Positions 49,515-58,365 of a stretch of DNA of 64,000 nt are shown here, in pieces (the first letter of the stretch is position 1; each line of letters begins with the position of its first letter). The notes under the pieces were generated by a model. The model searched no databases. It was not told where the DNA came from and was given only the letters and a program-made list of their open reading frames with translations. Source of the stretch: Candidatus Nanopelagicales bacterium. GTDB lineage: Bacteria; Actinomycetota; Actinomycetes; S36-B12. Made by a program: the position numbers and the translations under genes. The stretch is from assembly GCA_017854795.1 (NCBI GenBank), contig JAFMHB010000003.1, positions 81,076-145,075 on the forward strand. The letters run 5' to 3'.

Positions 49515-50564
49515 ATGCTCCGCCTTGGTTCAACCGGGGCGGCCGTTGCGGAGGTTCGCGCACGGCTCGCGCACCTCGGTTTACTTGATAACAAGAACGA
49601 CAGTACCGACACCGAAAATATCTATGATGAAAACGTCGCTATTGCTATTCGCACCTTTCAACAGGAGCGCGGAATCACCGTTGACGGTCTTGTTGGCCCA
49701 GAAACCTTTCGCCGTCTCGAGGAAGCGCGCTGGCAATTAGGGGATCGGGTACTTTCATTCACTCCGGGTCATTTAATGGTCGGGGACGACGTAACCGAAC
49801 TCCAGCGCCGGCTCAATCAACTGGGCTTTAATGCTGGGCGCCCTGATGGCATTTTTGGCTCAGGGACTGATCTTGCACTGCGCGAGTTTCAACGTGGTGT
49901 GGGTGTAAGTGCTGACGGGACCTGCGCATTAGACACACTGCGTGCATTTGAGCGACTCTCTCGCTCGATTATTGGTGGGGACTCGGGTGCATTACGTGAG
50001 CATGCATCCCTTGCCTCACTGCGAACTGGAATCGTAGACAAAGTGATCGTGATTGACCCGGGTGAGAGCGTCCACCCGGAATTGACTTACGCAATTTGCG
50101 CTCGAATCGAGGGTCGGTTGGCAGCCCTAGGTACTCAAGTTCTTCTGACCCGACCGGAAATTCCCGTGGTTCAGAAAACTCAGTCGACACTTGCGGAGTT
50201 TGCAAACGCTATGGACGCCGACATTGTGATCTCGTTGCATCTTGATCACGTGGAGAGCCCAAAACCCAATGGGATTTCTGTTTACTATTTTGGTTTGCCT
50301 AATGCTGGTGTCCATTCACCCGGTGGTCGAATTCTGGCGGGGTTAATAAATGAGGAACTCATCAGCCGAACCGATCGGAAAGACTGTCAGATTCACGCGA
50401 GGACTTGGGACCTACTGCGGTTCACCAAGATGCCCACCGTTCGCATTGAGCTCGGATACATGTCTAACGTTGGAGATGCGAAGCGTTTAACCTCGGAGGC
50501 TTTCCACGACGCCGTGGCTGAAGGCGTTGTGGCAGCACTCACAAAGTTTTGCTCTCCCCGTTAG
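49515..50564 (+). CDS. cwlM: CwlM-like protein: two PG-binding domains + degenerate Amidase_3 domain
   Basis: FQQERGITVDGLVGPET, GDDVTELQRRL, IDPG, ISLH, MPTVRIELGY; synteny after trxA. Confidence 0.8.
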   Translation: MLRLGSTGAAVAEVRARLAHLGLLDNKNDSTDTENIYDENVAIAIRTFQQERGITVDGLVGPETFRRLEEARWQLGDRVLSFTPGHLMVGDDVTELQRRLNQLGFNAGRPDGIFGSGTDLALREFQRGVGVSADGTCALDTLRAFERLSRSIIGGDSGALREHASLASLRTGIVDKVIVIDPGESVHPELTYAICARIEGRLAALGTQVLLTRPEIPVVQKTQSTLAEFANAMDADIVISLHLDHVESPKPNGISVYYFGLPNAGVHSPGGRILAGLINEELISRTDRKDCQIHARTWDLLRFTKMPTVRIELGYMSNVGDAKRLTSEAFHDAVAEGVVAALTKFCSPR

Positions 50565-50640
50565 GCCAAACCAGTCGCAATAGAAAACCTAGTCCAACGC
50601 CAATACCGATCAAAAGCACTGCCGAGAAGAATCTTTTCAC
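50539..50640 (-). CDS. Small membrane protein, 33 aa (MKRFFSAVLLIGIGVGLGFLLRLVWPNGESKTL)
   Basis: GGAGG RBS 6 nt before GTG 50640; a single TM helix with a basic N-terminus. Confidence 0.55.
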   Translation of the reverse strand: MKRFFSAVLLIGIGVGLGFLLRLVWPNGESKTL

Positions 50641-50652
50641 CTCGTACCTCCC

Positions 50653-51099
50653 ATGTGGAAGACTACGCGAATGAGTAACTGGGGCGGCTACACCCACCGG
50701 GTTCGATACAACGAGGTTGACCCGCAGAGCATTGTGTTCAATTCCCGCTACCTTGAGTTTTTTGATGCAGCTAATATTGAATTTTTCCGGGAATACGGCT
50801 ATCCACTTGACGCAATGGCCGCGGCAGGACTCGAGCCTGTTGTTGTTGAGGCAAATATTCGCTACCACGCCTCGGCACAGGTCGATCAACTCCTTCATAT
50901 TGATGTGAGTTGCCCACGATTGGGAAATACAAGTTTTGATTTGAGTTTTGAAGCTCGGATTCAGGATCCTGAAACTGGCTCACTCTCAGAGAGAGTCATC
51001 ACTTCAGCGACTATCAGTTACGTGAATGTGGACCAAGTAACTAGGACGTCAACACCAATTCCACAGGAATTCCGAAGTTTCCTTGGGTCGGCAAAATAA
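50653..51099 (+). CDS. Acyl-CoA thioesterase (YbgC/4HBT hotdog fold)
   Basis: RVRYNEVDPQSIVFNSRYLEFF, LGNTSF. Confidence 0.88.
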   Translation: MWKTTRMSNWGGYTHRVRYNEVDPQSIVFNSRYLEFFDAANIEFFREYGYPLDAMAAAGLEPVVVEANIRYHASAQVDQLLHIDVSCPRLGNTSFDLSFEARIQDPETGSLSERVITSATISYVNVDQVTRTSTPIPQEFRSFLGSAK

Positions 51100-51101
51100 A
51101 A

Positions 51102-51944
51102 TTACGCAACAAGCTGCGTAATGGGCGCTAAAAGTTCATTAATTTGATTTGTGCGTAATACGGTGAACGCGACAAGAATCAGAATCAATCCGACAACTCC
51201 AGCAATCTGTACCGTGATTCGGATTCGTTTTGGTGGGAACACCATTATTGCGGCTACGGCCGCACCAACGACTAAACCACCAAAATGCGCTCGCCAGTCA
51301 ACCCCTGGTGAAAAGAATCCAATGGCAACGTTGACGACAAGTAGAAACAACACCTGCTTAATGTCATAGCGCAATCGGCGACCGGCAACGATTAATGCAC
51401 CCATCAAACCAAAGATCGCACCTGATGCTCCAACAGAAACTGTTTGTAAATCTGAGAACCAGTATGAAGCGACTGAACCACCGAGTGCGGAAAGAAGGTA
51501 CAAAACAATAAATCGCGTGTGCCCAAGAATTCGCTCAAGGGTTGGACCGAGAAAGAACAGCACATACATGTTGAATGCTATGTGAATAAAGGATCCGTGC
51601 AAGAAAGCGCTTGTAAATAAGCGCCACCACTCGCCACCTTGTGCAATTGCCACGGGGTACATGCCGTAGTCGACGGCTACTTTGTTAACGCCTTGGGCAT
51701 ATTGAATCGCAAACAAAACAACGTTGAGCCCAATGAGGAAGTAGGTAACACGCGGAGTGCTGATCAATGCACCACCAGCAACCGTTTTGGCAGCTGGTGG
51801 CACATTGGTTTTCATGCAGTCTGGGCACCTATATCCGACGGGTGCGGCAATCATGCATTCGGTGCAAATTGGATTCTCACACCGTGAGCATGAAATACGC
51901 GTTGGTCTATCCGGATGCCGATAGCAGGAGGGGGTTTCTTCCAC
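51102..51944 (-). CDS. Rhomboid intramembrane protease with N-terminal B-box
   Basis: CYRHPDR..CSRC..ICTEC, WRLFTSAFLH, VGASGAIFG, AHFGG. Confidence 0.93.
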   Translation of the reverse strand: MEETPSCYRHPDRPTRISCSRCENPICTECMIAAPVGYRCPDCMKTNVPPAAKTVAGGALISTPRVTYFLIGLNVVLFAIQYAQGVNKVAVDYGMYPVAIAQGGEWWRLFTSAFLHGSFIHIAFNMYVLFFLGPTLERILGHTRFIVLYLLSALGGSVASYWFSDLQTVSVGASGAIFGLMGALIVAGRRLRYDIKQVLFLLVVNVAIGFFSPGVDWRAHFGGLVVGAAVAAIMVFPPKRIRITVQIAGVVGLILILVAFTVLRTNQINELLAPITQLVA

Positions 51945-51949
51945 TGAAA

Positions 51950-52468
51950 TTAGCTGCGAACAATCTCAATCGATTGGATCACAACATCTGACTTCGGGCG
52001 ATCTTGCGAACCAGTTTCAACAGCTGCAATTGCGTCGACGACATCGCGACCGGCCTGATCTGCAACTTCACCGAAAATCGTGTGCTTGAAATTTAGCCAC
52101 GTGGTTGCAGCAACGGTAATGAAAAACTGTGAACCATTTGTTCCTGGTCCCGAATTTGCCATTGCCAAGAGGTACGGCTTATCGAATGTGAGTTCTGGGT
52201 GTGCCTCGTCCTCGAAGCGGTAACCGGGTCCACCTGTTCCTGTACCAAGTGGGTCTCCACCTTGAATCATGAATCCTGGAATGATCCGGTGAAAGATAAC
52301 GTCCTTGTACAAGGGTGCGGACGTCTTCGCGCTCACGCGGGGGTCGGTCCATTCCTTGGTTCCTTCTGACAGGCCAGTGAAGTTTTCTACTGTTTTGGGT
52401 GCGTGGTCGGGGAAAAGATTGCAGGTAATGTCGCCAAGATTTGTATGAATAATCGCTTGTAATGTCAT
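51950..52468 (-). CDS. ppiA: Cyclophilin-type peptidyl-prolyl isomerase
   Basis: FHRIIPGFMIQGGDP, LAMANSGPGTNGSQFFIT. Start moved to ATG 52468. Confidence 0.95.
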   Translation of the reverse strand: MTLQAIIHTNLGDITCNLFPDHAPKTVENFTGLSEGTKEWTDPRVSAKTSAPLYKDVIFHRIIPGFMIQGGDPLGTGTGGPGYRFEDEAHPELTFDKPYLLAMANSGPGTNGSQFFITVAATTWLNFKHTIFGEVADQAGRDVVDAIAAVETGSQDRPKSDVVIQSIEIVRS

Positions 52469-52599
52469 GGGCTGATCTTTCCACGCTGCCTTGGCACCTA
52501 TTCGCGCGGGCGTGTACTTGTGGCCTGAAAGTGAGCCAATCGTTGCGCCTGTGCGCTCACCAACGGGCACAAGTGCTAACAAACAAGTAATAAAACTTG

Positions 52600-52672
52600 T
52601 GGAGCTTAGGAGACTCGAACTCCTGACATCTGCCTTGCAAAGGCAGCGCTCTACCAACTGAGCTAAAGCCCC
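52600..52672 (-). tRNA. tRNA-Ala(TGC)
   Basis: GGGGCTTTAGCTCAGTTGGTAGAGCG-CTGCC TT TGC AA GGCAG-ATGTCAGGAGTTCGAGTCTCCTAAGCTCCA. Confidence 0.97.
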
Positions 52673-52730
52673 TCATGTAACGGGATGTGCTCCGGAAACA
52701 GTGTGAACTGTTTTCGACGCGAGGGAGATG

Positions 52731-52856
52731 CTAGCGCAGGTCCTGACTGGCCCCAACTTCAGACCATAGGTCGTCGTCAGTTTCAACTTCAGTGACCTTT
52801 CGATACACCAAATACCCGACACCTGCTAAAAGGATGAGTAACAGCAACTTCTTCAT
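52731..52856 (-). CDS. DLW-39 family small membrane protein, 41 aa (below the ORF-track cutoff)
   Basis: MKKLLLLILLAGVGYLVYRKVTEVETDDDLWSEVGASQDLR; DLW motif and the typical position between tRNA-Ile and tRNA-Ala. Confidence 0.85.
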   Translation of the reverse strand: MKKLLLLILLAGVGYLVYRKVTEVETDDDLWSEVGASQDLR

Positions 52857-53047
52857 GGGTCAAAGATACACCGCTATCCCTCTAAGACAAAAATCCTGGT
52901 TTCTCCTGCTCCAATGTCCATATATTTCGCATTCTGACTAAATCCATGGATATTCGCTAATCGACCATCTGTGAACAAATACTCCCGAATATGCCAATTG
53001 TTGACCAAAAGTGCCTGGAAAATGCTGATGGCGGGGTCAAGGCTGGG

Positions 53048-53122
53048 TGGGCCCAGATGGACTTGAACCATCGACCTCTTCCTTATCAGGGAAGCGCTCT
53101 AACCAAGCTGAGCTATGGGCCC
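53048..53122 (-). tRNA. tRNA-Ile(GAT)
   Basis: GGGCCCATAGCTCAGCTTGGTTAGAGCG-CTTCC CT GAT AA GGAAG-AGGTCGATGGTTCAAGTCCATCTGGGCCCA. Confidence 0.97.
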
Positions 53123-53290
53123 GCATCGCACGAATGGCGAAGGTTAAGGCTACCGCCTCGCGTTACCGGCTACAAACCCGGTTCACTACTTGGAAAAAGT
53201 GTCGCGCTACCAAAGGTAATCGGTGGTCGATCGTGTTCAGTCTGATAGGACGAAAAATAGGACAATTGAGGGTTGTTACGCACATCGAAA

Positions 53291-54745
53291 CTACTTCAGC
53301 GAGGACAAAATTTCCGAGACCTCAACAGTTGAACATCGAATTTGCCAGTCACTAATGCCGTAGGGAACGATCAATCGGCCTTGGTGCACTAAGCCGCCGC
53401 AGGAGTAGACGACATTCGGCACATATCCATTGCGTTCTTCCTCTGTTGGTTCGATCAAAGGTTCCGGCAAACGCCCAAGCACCTTACTGGGATCAGACTT
53501 GTCAAGGAGTAGAGCTCCAATGCAGTAACGCCGCATCGGACCTGCACCATGCGTTAAGACCAGCCACCCTTCATCAATTTCCATGGGTGATCCGCAGTTA
53601 CCCATGTGCACGAGTTCCCAGGGTTGTTCTGCGCCAATAAGGGGATTTACGTCGTTCCAGTGGTATCCGTCAGAGGAAAATGTCAAAGAAATGAATTCGC
53701 GATCATGGCGCGAGAGTGCGCAGTACCTATCGGCAATTCGTTTTGGAAAGAAAGCTAATCCTTTATTTTGCACGGCGACCCCTGTCATCGGCATGGAGGA
53801 GAAGGATTGAAAATCATCGGTTTCTATCACGCGTGTGTTAACAGAAGAACCGTCATATGCCGTGTAACTGGCCCGATAGCGAACCGGCTCGTCTTCATCC
53901 TCGAGCCTGACAAATCGTGCATCTTCCATTCCTCGACGTTCATCGGGGGCAACGGGCCACAACACTCGCTCGCTGAGATCTGAGTCATGTGGGAAGTCAC
54001 TTTCATAACTACTACGAGCTATCTCATCCATAGCCCTAATGAGTTCTACTGATGGGGTATGCCGCACCCCAGCCAAATCAAGTTGGGTCAGACTCGCCAT
54101 GAGATCTTCTGGTGTGAACTTATCCGGCAACATCGCCAGAACCAACTCTAAATCAGCGCTATCAACCCCTGCCTCAAGTGCAGCCTGACGTACCAAACGA
54201 TTACGAAGAACTGTGAATCTCTTCGCGCGGGTAGACGCAAAAGGGGATGCTGGATCAACGTTAATTTGTCCATCGCTCGATATAAAACCTGAGCGAAACA
54301 CTATGGTAGAAATGTGACCTTCACCAACAGCTCGTACGCTGAGGATGAAGCGTAAAGTGTCCGAATCTTCCTCCCCTTCATTGGGAAAAGGGACTATCGA
54401 AGGATTGAAATAGGCAGCCCCTTCAAGGGCGTACTCCTGAGTGAAAAAGGCCCCGATAAGTGCTTTGCGTTCATCTGAAATGGGTTCCTTAACGAGATGG
54501 GCAACAGCCCGAAAGTGGGCATCAAATTGCCCTTTCAGATTTTTGTGGCGAGACTCGAATTGCTTTTCCACTGTATGCAGTGTCCGAACAACAACGTCCT
54601 CTTTCAAGGACAGTGCACGTTGGAGAACCTGAGGAATTCGAGAATGACCGTTGATGAGTTCCTCTTCACCAGGAATGAACAACCGACACAGCACCCGCTC
54701 AGAGTCGCCGTGAAGAGAAAGAGAGGTTCGCTGGAAGGTCTTCAT
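53291..54745 (-). CDS. GH130-like glycosidase/phosphorylase (5-bladed beta-propeller) with insertions
   Basis: FNPS, MEDAR, NKG, GNCGSP, GWLVLTHG, GYVPNVVYSCG. Confidence 0.82.
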   Translation of the reverse strand: MKTFQRTSLSLHGDSERVLCRLFIPGEEELINGHSRIPQVLQRALSLKEDVVVRTLHTVEKQFESRHKNLKGQFDAHFRAVAHLVKEPISDERKALIGAFFTQEYALEGAAYFNPSIVPFPNEGEEDSDTLRFILSVRAVGEGHISTIVFRSGFISSDGQINVDPASPFASTRAKRFTVLRNRLVRQAALEAGVDSADLELVLAMLPDKFTPEDLMASLTQLDLAGVRHTPSVELIRAMDEIARSSYESDFPHDSDLSERVLWPVAPDERRGMEDARFVRLEDEDEPVRYRASYTAYDGSSVNTRVIETDDFQSFSSMPMTGVAVQNKGLAFFPKRIADRYCALSRHDREFISLTFSSDGYHWNDVNPLIGAEQPWELVHMGNCGSPMEIDEGWLVLTHGAGPMRRYCIGALLLDKSDPSKVLGRLPEPLIEPTEEERNGYVPNVVYSCGGLVHQGRLIVPYGISDWQIRCSTVEVSEILSSLK

Positions 54746-55740
54746 GCCGGTACCTCAGCAAAAATATTTGCTCGATCAGCCACACTGAGATAGGCGAGGG
54801 TGGATTCAGCACCATTGTTTTCGTTCCTGCCATCTTGAGTTAGGCCGTCGAACCCTGCTCCTGTCGCGAGGTCACACATAGAGACACCTTGGTCGTTATG
54901 ACCATCAAACCATTGGTACGCCCTACGAATCGAACGAATCCACATTGGATCACTTGTGATGTCATAGGCAGTTGAGCATGCATCTGCCATAGCTGCAATT
55001 TCAATGGGCTGCTGATCAAATGCAGGCAAGACATCACCTGGCGCCCACCCTTTGTGGGGAATGGGTGAAAAGTGGTCACCATTCATTTGTATCTCAATCA
55101 ACCAATTGAGCATCAGCATTCCCAATCGCATCTGGTCTTGTCGCTGCAAGTGAAGTCCCCCCAACATAAGCACCTCAGGAATTACTGCATTCGCATAAGT
55201 GAGCCTCGGCTCCGGCCACGGCCAAGTCAGCGTCGTTGGAATGGGTATTGCAGCAAGTGCATCCTCGAGGAGTGCTTTAGCTACACGATCTCCGGGAAGC
55301 ACATGCAGAACTTCGGAAGCACCAAGTGCGGCAAAGGCCATGGATCGCACGAATGGGGAACGTCTGCGTGCAGAAAGCTGGAATCGTTCGTACGCCTCAG
55401 TACCCTGATTGTTATCACCACTCATTCGGACAGTTGTCCCCCAGGCCCACAGTGCCCGACCCCAATGATCATGTGTGCTCGGTTCACCTGACCATAAGCC
55501 GTCAATGCTAAGCCTATTCTGAATGAGGCCCTGAGAGTCTTGGGATTGTTCAAGGAAAGCTAAATAGATAGACAGCATGCGTTGAAGTTGCAGGTCTTTT
55601 GATCGTAACCTTTGTAACACAACTACACCGCGTGCAACGTCATCAACGCAATAACCGTGTTCGGGACGTGGTTGGTTCCCGTCACAATGTTCGAATAGAC
55701 CTACGTTGTCCGTGATGGATACGAGATGATCCATCCTCAT
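54742..55740 (-). CDS. Glycosyltransferase-associated (alpha/alpha)-barrel-like protein
   Basis: GLFEH, GYCVDDVAR, WGRALWA, LTYANA, FDQQPIE, GAESTLA. I recall this domain as often fused to the C-terminus of GT4 enzymes. Confidence 0.65.
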   Translation of the reverse strand: MRMDHLVSITDNVGLFEHCDGNQPRPEHGYCVDDVARGVVVLQRLRSKDLQLQRMLSIYLAFLEQSQDSQGLIQNRLSIDGLWSGEPSTHDHWGRALWAWGTTVRMSGDNNQGTEAYERFQLSARRRSPFVRSMAFAALGASEVLHVLPGDRVAKALLEDALAAIPIPTTLTWPWPEPRLTYANAVIPEVLMLGGLHLQRQDQMRLGMLMLNWLIEIQMNGDHFSPIPHKGWAPGDVLPAFDQQPIEIAAMADACSTAYDITSDPMWIRSIRRAYQWFDGHNDQGVSMCDLATGAGFDGLTQDGRNENNGAESTLAYLSVADRANIFAEVPA

Positions 55741-56915
55741 GAGGCTTCACTCAGGGCAGCACGAACTAATGGTTCACGCTCAAGTGTGGCTCCACTCAGC
55801 GGGTTTCTTTGTTCATAGATGATGGAATGGGCAAGTTTATTGAATTCATTTCCCACGGAAGGCCAAAGGAACTTAGTTGACTTAATCCGGGTCTGTGAAC
55901 GCATATGCCTTCGAATTTGCGGCTGCAGAATCAATTGTTGTAAGGCATCAGCGATGTCATCCGGATTTTGATGATCCACTAGGGCTCCCGTGCCGTCACC
56001 TAGAAGTTCAACTGCATGTGGAAAGCGTGTCGCGATAACTGGGCCACCCGCAACCATCGCCTCAGCTAACACACCAGATGTAACCTGATCTCGCGCATCG
56101 TATGGCAACAAATAGAAGTCGGCCGACGTGATCACCCGCGCCAACGCCGCTGAATCAAGGTAACCATCTAAAAAATGGACATGATCGGCAACACCAAGTG
56201 TTCGGGCCAGATTTTCTAAGTATTCTCGGTATCGGTAACCGTCACGTTGCACCACTTTAGGGTGGGTTTGACCGACAACATAATAATCCGGCATTGGATC
56301 AACGTCGCGTAGTTGCGCAAGGGCTTCAATCCCCCATTCGATTCCCTTCCCTTCTCCCAAGAGTCCCCATGTGAGAATTCGGGGTCGCATTCGGATTTCT
56401 TCACCACGCTCAGGAATGCTCAGCCCCGGCGCACCGTGTGGAATTACTTTGATACGACGTTTATAAACATTATGTGATCGAATCAGGGATTGAAGTGCTG
56501 ATTCGGAAAGCACAACGACAGTGTCCGAGTCATCTAGAAGGGTTTGAACAACATGCTGTTGTCCTGGAGTCGGTTGAGCCGCAACGGTATGCAAAACACT
56601 AATGAAAGGGACCTTCAGGCCACTGAGAATCTCGAGAAGCTCAACTCCATCGTCCCCGCCGTATATGCCAAACTCGTGCTGCACGATCACAATGTCGTGG
56701 TCATTAAGTGTGCGGATGGTTCGTGCGACATCACTTTTCGTGTCGTGGTCAGCAATGATTATCGGATTGTTCGCTGGTTCCTTATTTCCCCCTAACCGCA
56801 CGATATTCACGTCTATCCCCGTCCCTGTGATTGCCGTCGCGAGTGATCGCGAAAAAGTCGCGATTCCACATTGGGTCGGTGGATAAGTGCTGAGCATGGC
56901 AATCCGCAAATTCAT
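55737..56915 (-). CDS. GT4 glycosyltransferase
   Basis: STYPPTQCGIATF, QHEFGIYGG, KGIEW, QVTSGVL. Confidence 0.88.
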   Translation of the reverse strand: MNLRIAMLSTYPPTQCGIATFSRSLATAITGTGIDVNIVRLGGNKEPANNPIIIADHDTKSDVARTIRTLNDHDIVIVQHEFGIYGGDDGVELLEILSGLKVPFISVLHTVAAQPTPGQQHVVQTLLDDSDTVVVLSESALQSLIRSHNVYKRRIKVIPHGAPGLSIPERGEEIRMRPRILTWGLLGEGKGIEWGIEALAQLRDVDPMPDYYVVGQTHPKVVQRDGYRYREYLENLARTLGVADHVHFLDGYLDSAALARVITSADFYLLPYDARDQVTSGVLAEAMVAGGPVIATRFPHAVELLGDGTGALVDHQNPDDIADALQQLILQPQIRRHMRSQTRIKSTKFLWPSVGNEFNKLAHSIIYEQRNPLSGATLEREPLVRAALSEAS

Positions 56916-57106
56916 CTGCTAGTCCCTTCAATTGGTTAGAACGCCAATGGTGCTGGAGATCCAGAGTCAAAACGCGGTCAAAGTAGGCAATAGTCAGACA
57001 ATGACCATTCATTTGGGACCATTTCGCGAGTCGCATATGACCTCGCGAGCCAACACATTGGAGGTGTTGCTGATATTCGGCCCACTGTGAGCGATAGCCT
57101 TACGAG

Positions 57107-57970
57107 GTGAAGGGAATAATTCTCGCTGGGGGGACCGGAAGTCGGCTGTGGCCGGTCACCAAAGGGGTAAGCAAACAATTGCTCCCGGTCTACGACAAGC
57201 CGATGCTGCATTACCCGCTGGCCACCTTGATGGCAGCCGGTATTAGGGAAATTTTAGTGATCACTACCCCTGAAGATTCAGAGTCCTTCTCGCGACTATT
57301 AGGTGACGGTTCAGCTTGGGGGATGACAATTAGTTTTGCAACACAACCAAAGCCGGATGGTCTGGCCCAAGCTTTTTTGATCGGTGAGAAGTTCTTAGAC
57401 GGGGATTCCGCTGCTTTGATTTTGGGGGACAATCTTTTCTATGGCCCCTCATTGGGACGTAAGCTTGCTGACTTGACTTCGGTGGTTGGCGCCCATGTGT
57501 TTGCCTACGAGGTTGCAAACCCCAGTGAATACGGTGTCGTCGCATTTGATGGTGCTGGTGTGGCAACTTCCATTGAAGAAAAACCTGTGAACCCTCAAAG
57601 TTCCTACGCTGTCCCAGGTTTATATTTTTATGACAATACGGTTGTTGAGGTCGCCAAGTCCATTAAGCCTTCGGCTCGGGGTGAATTGGAAATCACGGCG
57701 GTGAATGACCACTACTTACAGGCTGGAGCACTGAAGGTCGCGGTTTTGGAGCGTGGAACTGCCTGGCTGGACACGGGAACATTTCGTTCTTTACAGGATG
57801 CTGGTGAGTTTGTTCGCGTGATGGAAGATCGCACCGGAACTAAAGTTGGTTGCGTCGAGGAAATCGCGTGGCGTAATGGCTGGATCACTTCGGCACAATT
57901 ATTGGAACTTGCCCAACCGCTGCTCAAAAGTGGTTACGGCGATTACCTTGTTGCACTTGCCAACAAGTAA
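57107..57970 (+). CDS. rfbA: Glucose-1-phosphate thymidylyltransferase
   Basis: [43 protein letters not shown]. Confidence 0.96.
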   Translation: MKGIILAGGTGSRLWPVTKGVSKQLLPVYDKPMLHYPLATLMAAGIREILVITTPEDSESFSRLLGDGSAWGMTISFATQPKPDGLAQAFLIGEKFLDGDSAALILGDNLFYGPSLGRKLADLTSVVGAHVFAYEVANPSEYGVVAFDGAGVATSIEEKPVNPQSSYAVPGLYFYDNTVVEVAKSIKPSARGELEITAVNDHYLQAGALKVAVLERGTAWLDTGTFRSLQDAGEFVRVMEDRTGTKVGCVEEIAWRNGWITSAQLLELAQPLLKSGYGDYLVALANK

Positions 57971-57990
57971 TTGACAAAAAGTTTTTGCGT

Positions 57991-58365
57991 TTAGGCGTCC
58001 TCGGAGAGTACAACTTCAATACCACCGGTGATTCCTACCGTAAGGTTGTACAGAATCGTGAACAAGCCCGCGAGCGCTGAAATCAAGACGATTTCAACCG
58101 AGGCAATAATGAGCGTTGCACCGATCACTTGCCAAAATCCAAGCGAAGTAATTAGATCAAGTCCACTCGTACTGCCAACAACGTCTGTGACCGTTCCGGA
58201 GAGTGATTCAATAACGCCCGTGCGGTCCAGAATGAACCACACGGACGTTACCGCTATGACGAGAACAATTCCAATCGCGAGCGAGAGAATGAAAGCCGCT
58301 TTGGTCACCGACCAGGGATCAAACCTGGAAACGTAAAGGCGTGCCCGCCGCTGACCTACATTCAC
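57991..58365 (-). CDS. DUF3566 membrane protein
   Basis: [26 protein letters not shown]; follows gyrA. Confidence 0.9.
   Translation of the reverse strand: MNVGQRRARLYVSRFDPWSVTKAAFILSLAIGIVLVIAVTSVWFILDRTGVIESLSGTVTDVVGSTSGLDLITSLGFWQVIGATLIIASVEIVLISALAGLFTILYNLTVGITGGIEVVLSEDA

Noticed and set aside
52600-53122. Prophage or ICE integrated at tRNA-Ala/tRNA-Ile
   Set aside because: I noticed no integrase and no duplicated tRNA 3' end in the window.
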